A stretch of 39,446 nt of DNA from a virus: IMG/VR virus record IMGVR_UViG_3300045988_067321, positions 1 to 39,446 of that record, one strand, 5' to 3'. Below the pieces are notes generated by a model, which saw only the letters and a program-made list of their open reading frames with translations, ran no database searches and was not told where the DNA came from. Of this stretch, positions 1 to 9,400 are shown piece by piece (position 1 is the stretch's first letter; each line of letters begins with the position of its first letter). The translations under genes were made by a program, and so were the position numbers.

Positions 1-119
1 GAACAGTATAATCTAGCTTGTGGACACTGTGTAAGACATTGAAATACCGCATGGTATCATCTCCAATGCAGTAGTGGTTGAAGCAAGAATCCCCCTGCTT
101 TAGCTGTGGGGAGTGTCAA
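1..119 (+). repeat. Terminal direct repeat identical to 39328-39446. It is the last 119 nt of the IS200/IS605 right end, so the window closes on itself (circular or circularly permuted molecule).
   Basis: Base-by-base identity of 1-119 and 39328-39446 read directly from the sequence. Confidence 0.9.
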
Positions 120-136
120 CAAACATTATGAAAAGA
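1..136 (+). ncRNA. 3' part of the predicted TnpB omegaRNA scaffold (1-119) plus the predicted guide segment (120 to about 135, CAAACATTATGAAAAG).
   Basis: Lies directly downstream of tnpB after circular closure. Contains the RE hairpin (91-111) and a small hairpin ATACC-GCAT-GGTAT (45-58). Guide position inferred from the known IS200/IS605 TnpB architecture. Confidence 0.4.
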
Positions 137-565
137 GCATGGGGAATGGTTAAGAAATTAGGATTCGGAATCTCCGAAGCTTTGAAAAAGGCATGGAAGG
201 AAGCGAAAGCAATGAAAGAAGAAATCATCAAAATGACTGTTGTGAGAAATGAAATCTTTACAGTAAACACAACAACTGGAGAAATCAGCGGAAAAACTTA
301 CAATGCAAAAGAATGGCTTAAGAAGAGTTTTGATGCAAAATGGAACAAAGAAACAAGAACTTGGGTTGCGAAACCGGAAGAAATCAAAGAAGAATTGGCA
401 AAATATCCGGGATACTATGAATCATACATCGTTAAAGAAAGCAAAGAAGTTGCAGCGATTGAAAACGATGAAATCATCAAAAAAGAACTTGTAAACAGAA
501 ATGATGGTTTTTACTCAAAAAACACTCACAAATCAGGAAAAATCACATACTCATTTGTAGGATAA
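128..565 (+). CDS. Hypothetical Lys/Glu-rich protein, first gene of the accessory cassette. Its native 5' end (7 codons, RBS, promoter) was split off by the IS insertion.
   Basis: Open frame 113-565. No usable RBS before ATG 128. Fusing 37626-37644 to base 120 continues this frame exactly. Confidence 0.6.
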   Translation: MKRAWGMVKKLGFGISEALKKAWKEAKAMKEEIIKMTVVRNEIFTVNTTTGEISGKTYNAKEWLKKSFDAKWNKETRTWVAKPEEIKEELAKYPGYYESYIVKESKEVAAIENDEIIKKELVNRNDGFYSKNTHKSGKITYSFVG

Positions 566-622
566 TAACAGATCAAAATAAAATGCTGTCCTATCGGCAT
601 GACGGGGAGAAGGAGAAAGACT

Positions 623-1066
623 ATGGCAGAACTTAAAGAACTCAGAAAATTTATGAACCTCACACAGAAAGAGCTTGCTGAGAAAACCGGAATGAACATC
701 CGACAAATACAAAAGCTCGAAAAAGGAGAAATTGACGTTAATAACATTACTGCAAAGAATGCGCAGTCTTTATCTAGTGCTCTTGGGTGCAGCGTCGAGG
801 AAATGTTGACATTAGACCTAAATATCTTTACCGAGGATGCAAAACAATCCTTGAAAGATGGAGAATTAGATTTGCGCGATCTATTAAGAATGGACAAGTA
901 CCAGAAAATAAAAAAACTCAGTAAGATTGGAAACTTTGAAAACACCTTTTACGAAAATTACAAATGGATCCCGGAATCTTTGTTTGATAAGTTGACACCG
1001 GATGAACTTGCAAATCTCGTAGATAGTTTTTATGATTGTTATAGCGCAGGGAAAAATGCAAGATAA
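623..1066 (+). CDS. XRE-family helix-turn-helix protein with a C-terminal domain of about 85 aa of unknown function.
   Basis: N-terminus LRKFMNLTQKELAEKTGMNIRQIQKLEKGE is a typical HTH_3 pattern. AAGGAGA RBS lies 6 nt before ATG 623. Confidence 0.75.
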   Translation: MAELKELRKFMNLTQKELAEKTGMNIRQIQKLEKGEIDVNNITAKNAQSLSSALGCSVEEMLTLDLNIFTEDAKQSLKDGELDLRDLLRMDKYQKIKKLSKIGNFENTFYENYKWIPESLFDKLTPDELANLVDSFYDCYSAGKNAR

Positions 1067-1089
1067 AGCAAAAACACGGAGGTAATAAA

Positions 1090-1344
1090 ATGCAAAGAAG
1101 TATTGTTGATTTATTTGAGGACGCGCTGTCTTCCGAAGACTACCGATTTAAAATTTCTTTTTTAGTTGGCGGTTTAGTATCTTACGAATCGAATGATACG
1201 GCTGAAAAGCAAGCTCAATCTACTAAATATCTCGAAGAGATTCTCGCTTACATCACGTCTCTCAATGAGAATGATTCTGAAAAAAGTGAATTTATCCATC
1301 ATATCAAAGGGACAATTGAGCGCTATTTGAACTGGGAAGAATAA
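1090..1344 (+). CDS. Hypothetical acidic 84-aa protein, third gene of the cassette.
   Basis: ORF with a GGAGGT RBS 7 nt upstream. No recognisable motif. Confidence 0.55.
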   Translation: MQRSIVDLFEDALSSEDYRFKISFLVGGLVSYESNDTAEKQAQSTKYLEEILAYITSLNENDSEKSEFIHHIKGTIERYLNWEE

Positions 1345-1381
1345 CAGTTGCAAAATCTAAAATTTAAAAAATACAAGATAA

Positions 1382-1406
1382 AAGGATAAGCATTAAGCTT
1401 ATCCTT
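1382..1406. terminator. Putative bidirectional terminator hairpin between the plus-strand cassette and the minus-strand endolysin gene.
   Basis: AAGGATAAGC-ATTAA-GCTTATCCTT, a 10-bp perfect stem. Flanking T/A tracts are weak. Confidence 0.4.
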
Positions 1407-1551
1407 ATCTAATAGCAATTAAAGTTACTGTTAATATTTCAATCCGCGAAACTGTGATTTGCTCAGTTTCCGCAATACAGAGCATCATCTGCATTGGACA
1501 CCTTTACCATAGCATATATTTGCTAATATGTAAATGCGCCTTTCCAATTTA

Positions 1552-2589
1552 TTACACAATCTCAGTAATAAGCTTATCTGCTGCTACTCCAATAACCCCT
1601 GCATATCCATCCTGGCCACCGCCGCGCTGATTGTCTACCTGCGTTGGATAGAATGATGTATTGTTAATGTCTGATACACAGTATTTGACATACTTATATT
1701 TATATCCTGCTGGAGTGAGGTATTCCATCTCTATTGCCTGGATCGGTGATCCATCTCCTACAACACCGTTGTCAAGATCATTTATGTTGTAAGACTGGCC
1801 AAATATAATATATGGCAGCCATCCGCTCGCCTCCGTGTACACTCTTACTTTTATAGATCCTTTAGTTACTCTAAATCCAAGATACCGGAGTGGTAGTCCA
1901 TCTCCTGCCCCAACCCAGTCTGTGGCATTTTTAACTTCCGGCCACCACCGATCAGTAAAACCTGCAGAGTATATATCTACTTTTCCAAGTTCTTTTAATC
2001 CGCCAGTTCCTGGCACAACAGAGTCTTCCGGTCTCGGCTTAGATACGTCCGTTGCTCCGGATACTGCTTTTTTATCAATTCCTTCTGCGATCAGCTGCGC
2101 AATTCCTCTTGCTGTTAAATTTCCGTATCTTCCGGCATCGCCTGCGTTGTCACAAAACATCGTCTCTACAATCATTGCTGGCATTGCAGATTCTCTGAGA
2201 TCGTGGTATCCAGTGTTAAATTTCTTTCCGCGATTGTAATATCCTTTTGATTTAAAGTTTTTGCAAATCTGATCAGCAATCTGATTCATATCTACGTTGG
2301 ATGCATCATACATCCAACATTCCACGCCGTTTCCACTTCCATCCGCAGATGCATTCATGTGCAGTGTAACGTAGACATCGCAGGCATTTGCATTTGCCTT
2401 ATTTGTCCCCTCAGCAAGCTCTGCACCGACATTATTTGCGTTGGAGTTACAATCAATTACTACATGCCCTTTTGCCTCCAACATAGGCTTTAATTCCGTG
2501 TAGATCTTCTGTACCTCTGCCTGCTCATCTAAAATCCCCATTGCTCCCTTGCAATATGGAGAGTGTCCACCTCTTAAACCGATTTTCAT
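1552..2589 (-). CDS. Endolysin: N-acetylmuramoyl-L-alanine amidase (Amidase_3-type N-terminal domain) with a C-terminal wall-binding region.
   Basis: MKIGLRGGHS...VTLHMNA...AMIVETMFCDN pattern. Positioned directly after the holin. Confidence 0.85.
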   Translation of the reverse strand: MKIGLRGGHSPYCKGAMGILDEQAEVQKIYTELKPMLEAKGHVVIDCNSNANNVGAELAEGTNKANANACDVYVTLHMNASADGSGNGVECWMYDASNVDMNQIADQICKNFKSKGYYNRGKKFNTGYHDLRESAMPAMIVETMFCDNAGDAGRYGNLTARGIAQLIAEGIDKKAVSGATDVSKPRPEDSVVPGTGGLKELGKVDIYSAGFTDRWWPEVKNATDWVGAGDGLPLRYLGFRVTKGSIKVRVYTEASGWLPYIIFGQSYNINDLDNGVVGDGSPIQAIEMEYLTPAGYKYKYVKYCVSDINNTSFYPTQVDNQRGGGQDGYAGVIGVAADKLITEIV

Positions 2590-2629
2590 ATTTTGTCTCC
2601 TTCCTGCTTTTTAAAACAAAAGAGGGTGA

Positions 2630-3034
2630 TTACTCGCCCTCCGAATCATTTTCCCTTAATTGCAATAATACATTTTTTAATTTTTCTGGTATCGGAGCCA
2701 TAACAGCTGCATTTTCCAACAAACTAATACCCTCATTCGCGATATAAAACATTATCACTACTTCTCGCAAAGGAACGGTATCATTTAATAATTTTTGTAT
2801 TGCAAATGCTACTGCAATCACGATAAACATTGTTATTTTCTTGATCAGCCCCTTAAATCCAATCTCGGAAGAGAGCTGATTTTGGTGTATAGCTTTTAAA
2901 ATGCCTGTTATGTAGTCGATTACAGCTAAAAATAGAATCGTTTTTAGCAAAATATCCCACCCGCCGAGCCAGTATACGATAACTCCTCCTACCGCACCGA
3001 TTACCATACTTAAGTTGTTAAATAATTTTTCCAT
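2630..3034 (-). CDS. Holin (Phage_holin_4_1 / TcdE-like family).
   Basis: Three hydrophobic segments, IDYITGILKA and FYIANEGISLLEN motifs. Adjacent to the endolysin. Confidence 0.85.
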   Translation of the reverse strand: MEKLFNNLSMVIGAVGGVIVYWLGGWDILLKTILFLAVIDYITGILKAIHQNQLSSEIGFKGLIKKITMFIVIAVAFAIQKLLNDTVPLREVVIMFYIANEGISLLENAAVMAPIPEKLKNVLLQLRENDSEGE

Positions 3035-3054
3035 GTTCTTAATCCCTCACTCTC

Positions 3055-3171
3055 CTAGATTTCGACCTCTAACTTTTTCAAAACCTGTTTCACCTGCTCC
3101 AAAATTATTTCTGGTACATCATCGATGGTTTTTACTCCTTTAATGATTAATGTTGCGTAAACTACTGCCAT
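3055..3171 (-). CDS. XkdX-like small phage protein (38 aa). Not in the ORF track.
   Basis: MAVVYATLIIKGVKTIDDVPEIILEQVKQVLKKLEVEI translated by hand. GGAGGTG RBS. Paralogous to 15854-15949. Confidence 0.7.
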   Translation of the reverse strand: MAVVYATLIIKGVKTIDDVPEIILEQVKQVLKKLEVEI

Positions 3172-3208
3172 ATCTCCCACCTCCTTCCGCATTAAAAATA
3201 GTAAAATT

Positions 3209-3622
3209 TTAAGCATTGCCATCCACCTCTCCAGGCTTAAGCAATGCCTGCATCTGTCCTATCATCTCGTATACTTCACACAGCGCTAACTGTGTTGCAG
3301 TAAGTTCCTTTTCTGCCTGTTCTGCTCGCTTTTCTGCTTCTGTAAGACGAGTTTTGGTATCTTTTCCCTGCTGCTCCATCTCTACTTCGAAAATCTTCCC
3401 TGAATTTTCTTTAATATATGAAAAGACAGTGTAATTTTCGAATGTTTCTTCTACTCCCCCTTGATCATTTTCAACTTCGATTCTTGCTGTTGTGATCGCA
3501 TCTGTAAAAAGATGCTTAAGCTGCTCATAGCAGTTATTGAGGACACTTACATGCAGCTTTCCATCTGCTACTGAGATTGCTTGTACTTGCAATGTCTGCC
3601 CATCTGCAAATAATAGTTTCAT
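3209..3622 (-). CDS. XkdW-like / tail-fibre accessory protein with a coiled-coil C-terminus.
   Basis: Lies between the fibre-like gene and the XkdX-like gene, the same order as PBSX xkdV-W-X. Confidence 0.4.
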   Translation of the reverse strand: MKLLFADGQTLQVQAISVADGKLHVSVLNNCYEQLKHLFTDAITTARIEVENDQGGVEETFENYTVFSYIKENSGKIFEVEMEQQGKDTKTRLTEAEKRAEQAEKELTATQLALCEVYEMIGQMQALLKPGEVDGNA

Positions 3623-3637
3623 GTTATCTCCTCCAAA

Positions 3638-4483
3638 TTACATTACCTCATATACCGTCATGCGTGTCCATTGGGTATCTCTAAAAGTAAGAGCTAATTT
3701 ACCGTTACTTATATCTTTTTTTGTAACTTCGTTTTCGCTTCCGATCACTGCGAAGTTCCACCCAGTACTGCGCATAAATAGCAAATAACCATAAGGAGGA
3801 TGTATTTCATTACTCCCATTAAGTCGGCGCACAAATATAAGATACATATGATCTGCACGCATCGAACGGCTCATAGAAAGTGAATTCGCACCACTTTCAC
3901 CAGTTGATACATTATCCCAATAAGCGAAGGATCCTAGTGCAGACGACATTTTTTTTACTTTTGTATCCAGATCAGATGTCTTCTTTGACAAATCATCATT
4001 TGTCATAGGGATGCTATACAGTGGCTCTATCTTCTCAATAGCAAGTCCATTAATCTTCACTCGATACATCGGCACTTCCGACTCAAATGCTCCCGATCGG
4101 ATGTCCTGTTTATTCGGTACCGGGTCTTTTGCAACACTTCCGGTTTCCCCTTTAAGTACTGCAAATGTAGCATTTTCTTTTCCGGATTCTTCGTCTTTCT
4201 TGTATTTCACAACGATCATATCGTTTCGGAGTAATCCCGGTGTACCATTTTCGATTGTTACATCTTCGTACTCTCCGTCTCCTAAAATACATTGTCTTCC
4301 GTATGCCATAAAGATGCCGTCAAAAATCCGAACCTGATTCGCAGATACCGCCTCTGCGCGCATCTTTTTGCCGATATTTAGGACGTAGTTCCCAGAGCCG
4401 ATGATTCCGGCATTCAAGTCCGCATCCTGCTCTGCTGTAACGTGCTCCATGCCCCAGTATCCTGTTACTAATTCTAAAGCCAT
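3638..4483 (-). CDS. Putative tail fibre / receptor-binding protein (281 aa).
   Basis: Position after the Gp37-like tail protein and before the XkdW/X-like pair. No explicit motif recognised. Confidence 0.4.
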   Translation of the reverse strand: MALELVTGYWGMEHVTAEQDADLNAGIIGSGNYVLNIGKKMRAEAVSANQVRIFDGIFMAYGRQCILGDGEYEDVTIENGTPGLLRNDMIVVKYKKDEESGKENATFAVLKGETGSVAKDPVPNKQDIRSGAFESEVPMYRVKINGLAIEKIEPLYSIPMTNDDLSKKTSDLDTKVKKMSSALGSFAYWDNVSTGESGANSLSMSRSMRADHMYLIFVRRLNGSNEIHPPYGYLLFMRSTGWNFAVIGSENEVTKKDISNGKLALTFRDTQWTRMTVYEVM

Positions 4484-4487
4484 GTTA

Positions 4488-5474
4488 TTATTCTCCTTTC
4501 AATTTACATTCCAATGTTTCTATACCATTTTGATAAGTGTAGATCTTATTTACTACCGGACGACTAAGCGATACGCCAGTATCACGATCTCTCGCAGATA
4601 CAATATCCCCAATCGCTAAGTCTGTTTTAGATGTATTTGCGGTAGCTGACTTATAATTCATCAACTCTTTCAATCGCTTCTTTCCCTCAGTTTCAAGCAC
4701 TTCTGCATTTTCTGCCGAGGAATAATCGTAGACCGCCGTCCGCTCATCAGTGCCTGTATAATACCGTTTCTTTCCGATGCTGCCATCTAACTGTACATAC
4801 AAATGCACCACTGTTCGTTCTGCAAGTTCTCCCTTTCCGAGGCAGATTAGGTGATTGATGCCAGCCCTGAAATCCCTAACAGACACCCCAATTTGATTAT
4901 CGCCGTTATACTCCACATCTTCGCTGTAATTCTTAATCTTTACAGCCCTAACAAGCAACTTAAAAGGCTCTCCGGCATCTCCCTGCACCGCTTGTATATC
5001 GAGCCTTGCTTTGGATTTTTCCAACATCGCTGGAAGCCCTTCAAGGGCAGGAGTGTACCGAAATTGATATTTAGGGATGTTTATTCCAGATGCAGAGTCC
5101 GGAACCTCGAAAAGAAGTCCTGTACCTTTGTTTAGTACTTTTTCCAATACTCGGTTTGCGTCCCCGGACACTGTCAAATATCCTTGCCCGCTAGGTGGCT
5201 CTATGATCATGTGATTAAGTAGTCCTCGCCAAGCATATCCTGTAAAAGTTATCTCTGCATCCTCAGTATTACTCTGCACATCTTCTATAATTCCGCCAAA
5301 CTCAGTACCCGGGGCAAATATGCAGCAACCTTTTTTAATATCGTATCGGCTTACATCTTCTCTTGATAGGCTAATTTCAAAGTCATTCGTGTTACCTACA
5401 TCTATATCGATATAAGATGCAATATCGAGATAGGACAGTTCTAACCTATCCACATCTGTCAAAATCATCTCCAT
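4488..5474 (-). CDS. Siphovirus Gp37-like tail-tip protein.
   Basis: MEMILTDVDRLELSYLDIASYIDIDVGNTNDFEISL resembles Sipho_Gp37 N-termini. AAGGAG RBS before ATG 5474. Follows Dit. Confidence 0.55.
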   Translation of the reverse strand: MEMILTDVDRLELSYLDIASYIDIDVGNTNDFEISLSREDVSRYDIKKGCCIFAPGTEFGGIIEDVQSNTEDAEITFTGYAWRGLLNHMIIEPPSGQGYLTVSGDANRVLEKVLNKGTGLLFEVPDSASGINIPKYQFRYTPALEGLPAMLEKSKARLDIQAVQGDAGEPFKLLVRAVKIKNYSEDVEYNGDNQIGVSVRDFRAGINHLICLGKGELAERTVVHLYVQLDGSIGKKRYYTGTDERTAVYDYSSAENAEVLETEGKKRLKELMNYKSATANTSKTDLAIGDIVSARDRDTGVSLSRPVVNKIYTYQNGIETLECKLKGE

Positions 5475-6406
5475 GGTGGCTCGCTCCTTTCTTGGTAAAG
5501 TGTGAGATCGAAGGAGTATGTTGCATTCCATTTCACTGCACTCTTACCTGACGGAATCTTTTGGAAAACGTAATTTTTATTATCTCTTTTCCCGAAACAG
5601 TTTTCTTGCACGCCGTTTCTTGCATAACGCACAATCGTTCTCTCTCTGCTATCAATCACGAGATATTCTGAGTCGTATAATGTTACAGCTACATGGTAAA
5701 GGTGATTACCGATCCAAATTTGGGGCTCGGTACACGGACCATAAATAGTCATTTTAAAACCGGATTCTACAAAATGATCATTGTCCAATCGAGCCAGTTG
5801 ATGATTGTGATAGTAATCATATTTATAATCTTGCAAATACCGTTTTTTTGCCGGTCGGTATCTCGTCTGGTATTTCCGTGGATAATCATGCTTGTAATCT
5901 TGCTCTAGCGTTGAGCTATCAATAATATTATCGTTCTCCTCTTTGACGCTCTCGTCAATCACAGACTGGGACGACATATAGAAATGATATTCCTTTTCTC
6001 GACACCAATGAGGATAGTCAGCAATCACTTCGATTTCGTTGTCAAGTGTTTCAATTCCCCACTCCCAGTCTGTTTTTTTAGATGATTTAATGTAGCAGCT
6101 TATATAAAATTCTCCAACATAAAGCCTTCCAGGTATTAGATTTAGTAAGTCGTATTCTGTTACTTCATAAAAGTGATCTATTGCATCTCGGTATAGTTTT
6201 TCGCTGCGTCCATTCACGCCGAGTAATAATGTAAAAGTCGTAATTTCTCTTGCGAACGCTGTTATCTGCCCTCTTCTGCGCCTTGCAATACTTGAATAAT
6301 CCCAGCTGTAATCAAATAAATTGGCTGTCTGAAGTTGATAAGGTGGGGTGAGAAGATTTAACTTCTCGCCCCTGCTGTTTAGATAATAAATATCCGTTAT
6401 TTTCAT
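5465..6406 (-). CDS. Distal tail protein (Dit, phage tail family).
   Basis: Immediately downstream of, and overlapping, the tape measure gene. Size and N-terminal pattern are typical. Confidence 0.6.
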   Translation of the reverse strand: MKITDIYYLNSRGEKLNLLTPPYQLQTANLFDYSWDYSSIARRRRGQITAFAREITTFTLLLGVNGRSEKLYRDAIDHFYEVTEYDLLNLIPGRLYVGEFYISCYIKSSKKTDWEWGIETLDNEIEVIADYPHWCREKEYHFYMSSQSVIDESVKEENDNIIDSSTLEQDYKHDYPRKYQTRYRPAKKRYLQDYKYDYYHNHQLARLDNDHFVESGFKMTIYGPCTEPQIWIGNHLYHVAVTLYDSEYLVIDSRERTIVRYARNGVQENCFGKRDNKNYVFQKIPSGKSAVKWNATYSFDLTLYQERSEPPWR

Positions 6407-9400
6407 TACATCACACTCCTTACTGCTCTTCCTAGCTCTCTTTCTTTGAAAATAAATCTGAATTCTTCCATTCGAGCATTCACTACACTTGCAACACCTT
6501 TTCCAATCGCTTCTATCTCACGATCTGTAAGACGGTTTTTGTCGTGTTCGATAACGTGTTGTGCCTGTATATTTCTTCCAGCAATCCCTTGCGAGATGCG
6601 ACTAGAATTAAATGCCATAACTTCTCTTGCGCGGCGTGTTACAGATGTTAGATCTAACGAATTTAGAGCTATTTCTCCGAGTTTATTAGATGTTTTCGCA
6701 ACTTCTTTCTCTTTGTTTCCGACTCCTAGTGCAAAACCTTGTCCGAAAAACTCACCAAGAGCCATTGCTGCCCTCGAAGGCGAATGAATACCTAATGATT
6801 TCTTAATTGCACCTAACGCCTGTTCACCGATGCTCTTGGCAGCATTCCAAACATCTACTAACCCAAATCCATTAACAAATCCTTGCACGAAGTTACTTCC
6901 GGTTCCACTTGCATCTACTGATCCCATACCGCTTTTCGCTGTTTCAGAAACGGATGCTCCATCGCTATACGCGCTTACACTTCCTACACCTCTGCTGAAA
7001 CGCAAACCTTGATTAGATCCCGTCCCTGCTGTATTTGCAGCCCCGAGGCCTCTGTTAGCCGTGTCAGATAAAGCAATTGCTGTGGAATTGATATTTCCGT
7101 TCATGGATCCCAGACCACTGTTATATTTTCCACCCTGAGAAGAACCTGTGCTTCTTGTATCTGCACTACCTAGGATACTATTTGCGGAATTTGCTATGTT
7201 TCTCGCTGTGCTATCGACATTGCCCTTCTGACTTCCCACGCCGAAATTGTATTCAGATAGCTTTTTAGAACCAGTCTTTTCCGTGTCTTTGGAGCCGAGT
7301 TTTTTGTTGGATGATTCTGCGATCAAATCAGATGTTTTGTCGATATTTCCTTTCTGACTTCCTATGCCTAGGTTGTATTCAAGCAGTTTTGCCTTTCCGG
7401 TTGCTTTTGTGTCAGCAGATCCTAAGTTCTTATTCAGGGAATCGGAAATGTTTGTTCCACTTTCGTTGATTTCTTGCTGCGTGGAATCTACACCTTGCTT
7501 AACGCTCCATCCTGCTTTCTTACCGCTTTTTAGAAACTCCTCTGAATTTTGGAAGCCCATAGTCCAAGCTAGAGCTGAGTTTTTAGCCGAATTTGTAAAA
7601 TCCGGCATCTTCTCGTTCAATCCTTGAACCGCTCCGTCTCCGGCTTTCTTTGTAGACTCTTTCGCTTTTGCCTCAAACTTGTCCATTTCTGCTTTGGCTG
7701 CATCTACCATCTGTTTAGCGCCATCTACCGCTTCTTGCGTTATTCCCGGAGTGCCGTCTTTGATTGCTTTTTGAATGTCTTTGTAGGCTTTCTCGGCGTT
7801 TTTAACCTGCTTTTCAAGAGACTTTTTCGTTCCTGTTTCAGCTGTTATAAAGCTGTTTTTCATGTTAAACAGAGCATTGTTAATCTTATCAGCATCGCCG
7901 GAAATGATTGCACTTGAAAGTCCTTCATAATTTTGAATCGTAGCATTATATCCTACATATCTTTCTTCTGCTTCACTTAACGCCTTCTTCTGTTCTTTAA
8001 AGGTCTTTTTCGCTTCCTCTGCGGCAACAAGCACTCCGTTCTGAGCTTCGATATATGCTTGTGCTGCTTCGGGAGATGCTTTAAACATTTCTTGATATTC
8101 TTCCATGACAGAAGTTGCTGCTGCCTGCGCTTCATTGTAAGCTTCTTCGGCTTCTTTGCATTCTGCTAACTTGCTTACATAGGTTTGTAACGCACTATTC
8201 TTATTTTTAATTGCCTCAGCGTAAGCCTCTTCATTTGCGTTTAGATAAGCCTCTGCTTTCTTCTTCTCTATGACCTGGTCAATGGACTCACTTAAATTTC
8301 CGTTGGCATTAATAATCTCCCAGATCTGCTCTTTTTCAAGTCCTAACGCACTTGAAAGTTCACTTACAATAAAATTTGCTCTATCCTCGTAACCGGACTT
8401 TACTTTTCCATTTGTATCGATCAATGTATTGAGCTCATCTTTAAGTTCTGTTAAATGAGCATATTCAGCATCTATGCCGCTCATTGCCTCTTTTCTCGCA
8501 GAATCCAGTTCCTTATACGATTCGTACTGCTTGTGTATCTCTTTATTTGCTTTCTTCTGCTCTTCGGTCAATGCGTACTGCGAATCTTTTGAATCGTTTG
8601 TTGCAATTTTGTAAGCTACGAGGCCAGCCGTTAAAGCTCCAATTGCCGTAGCTACAATTCCTATCGGATTAGCATTCATGGCCGCATTCCATGCCGTCTG
8701 CGCCGCTGTTGCTAATGTAATCTTTCCTGTCAGCACTCCGACCACCATTTCTTTGGTTGTCAGCGCTCCGGAAGCCGCCAATACTTGCAGTGCGTTAGCT
8801 TTTTCTGCCGCCGATAACATTTTTACAGTCGCAGATAATCCGCTCGCTGCTTTGGATGTAGTTGCAAAAATCCTATATCCTTTAAATGCTGTAAAAGTAG
8901 CTGTTGCCGATGCTGCAAGCAAATCAAAATGATCTCCTGCAAAGTCGATTGCTTTTGTAAGTGGTGGCAATGCTGCATCTGCTAATTTACCAACGATTTC
9001 GATTACATTTTTAAATGTTGTCTCTACCGTCTTTCCGGCTTTTTTTAGACCGCCGGAATTAAGAGATGAGGTAATGGATTTCACTGCGCTCTCAACTGGC
9101 CTTTCCAATTCATCCGGAAGTATTCTTGTTAGTCCGGTTCCGAGTGTCTCCGCCATATCAACAGCACTGTTATAGAGCTTCTTCTTATTTTTGATAATCC
9201 CACTACCAAAGGATTCAATGAAATCTACTGCGGTGTCAACCATCTCCGGTGCGTGTTCCGCTGCTGCTGTAGCTAGATTCGCAAATTCATCCCCAGCCGC
9301 TTGGATCGCAGCATTCATTCCACCGCTTTTAAATGCGTCCGTGATGTTGTTTATGCTGTCTGTTGCCGACTGTGCTGTCTTCTTAAGGTTTTCTGCTACA

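Noticed and set aside
1-119. The 119-bp direct terminal repeat could represent physical phage genome ends (DTR).
   Set aside because: The repeat lies wholly inside the IS right end and is far from the terminase and any pac region. An assembly or circular-closure overlap is the simpler reading.
1405-1494. 29-aa minus-strand ORF with an AAAGGTG RBS downstream of the endolysin.
   Set aside because: It is very short, overlaps the terminator hairpin, and has no recognisable features. The evidence is not sufficient to call it.
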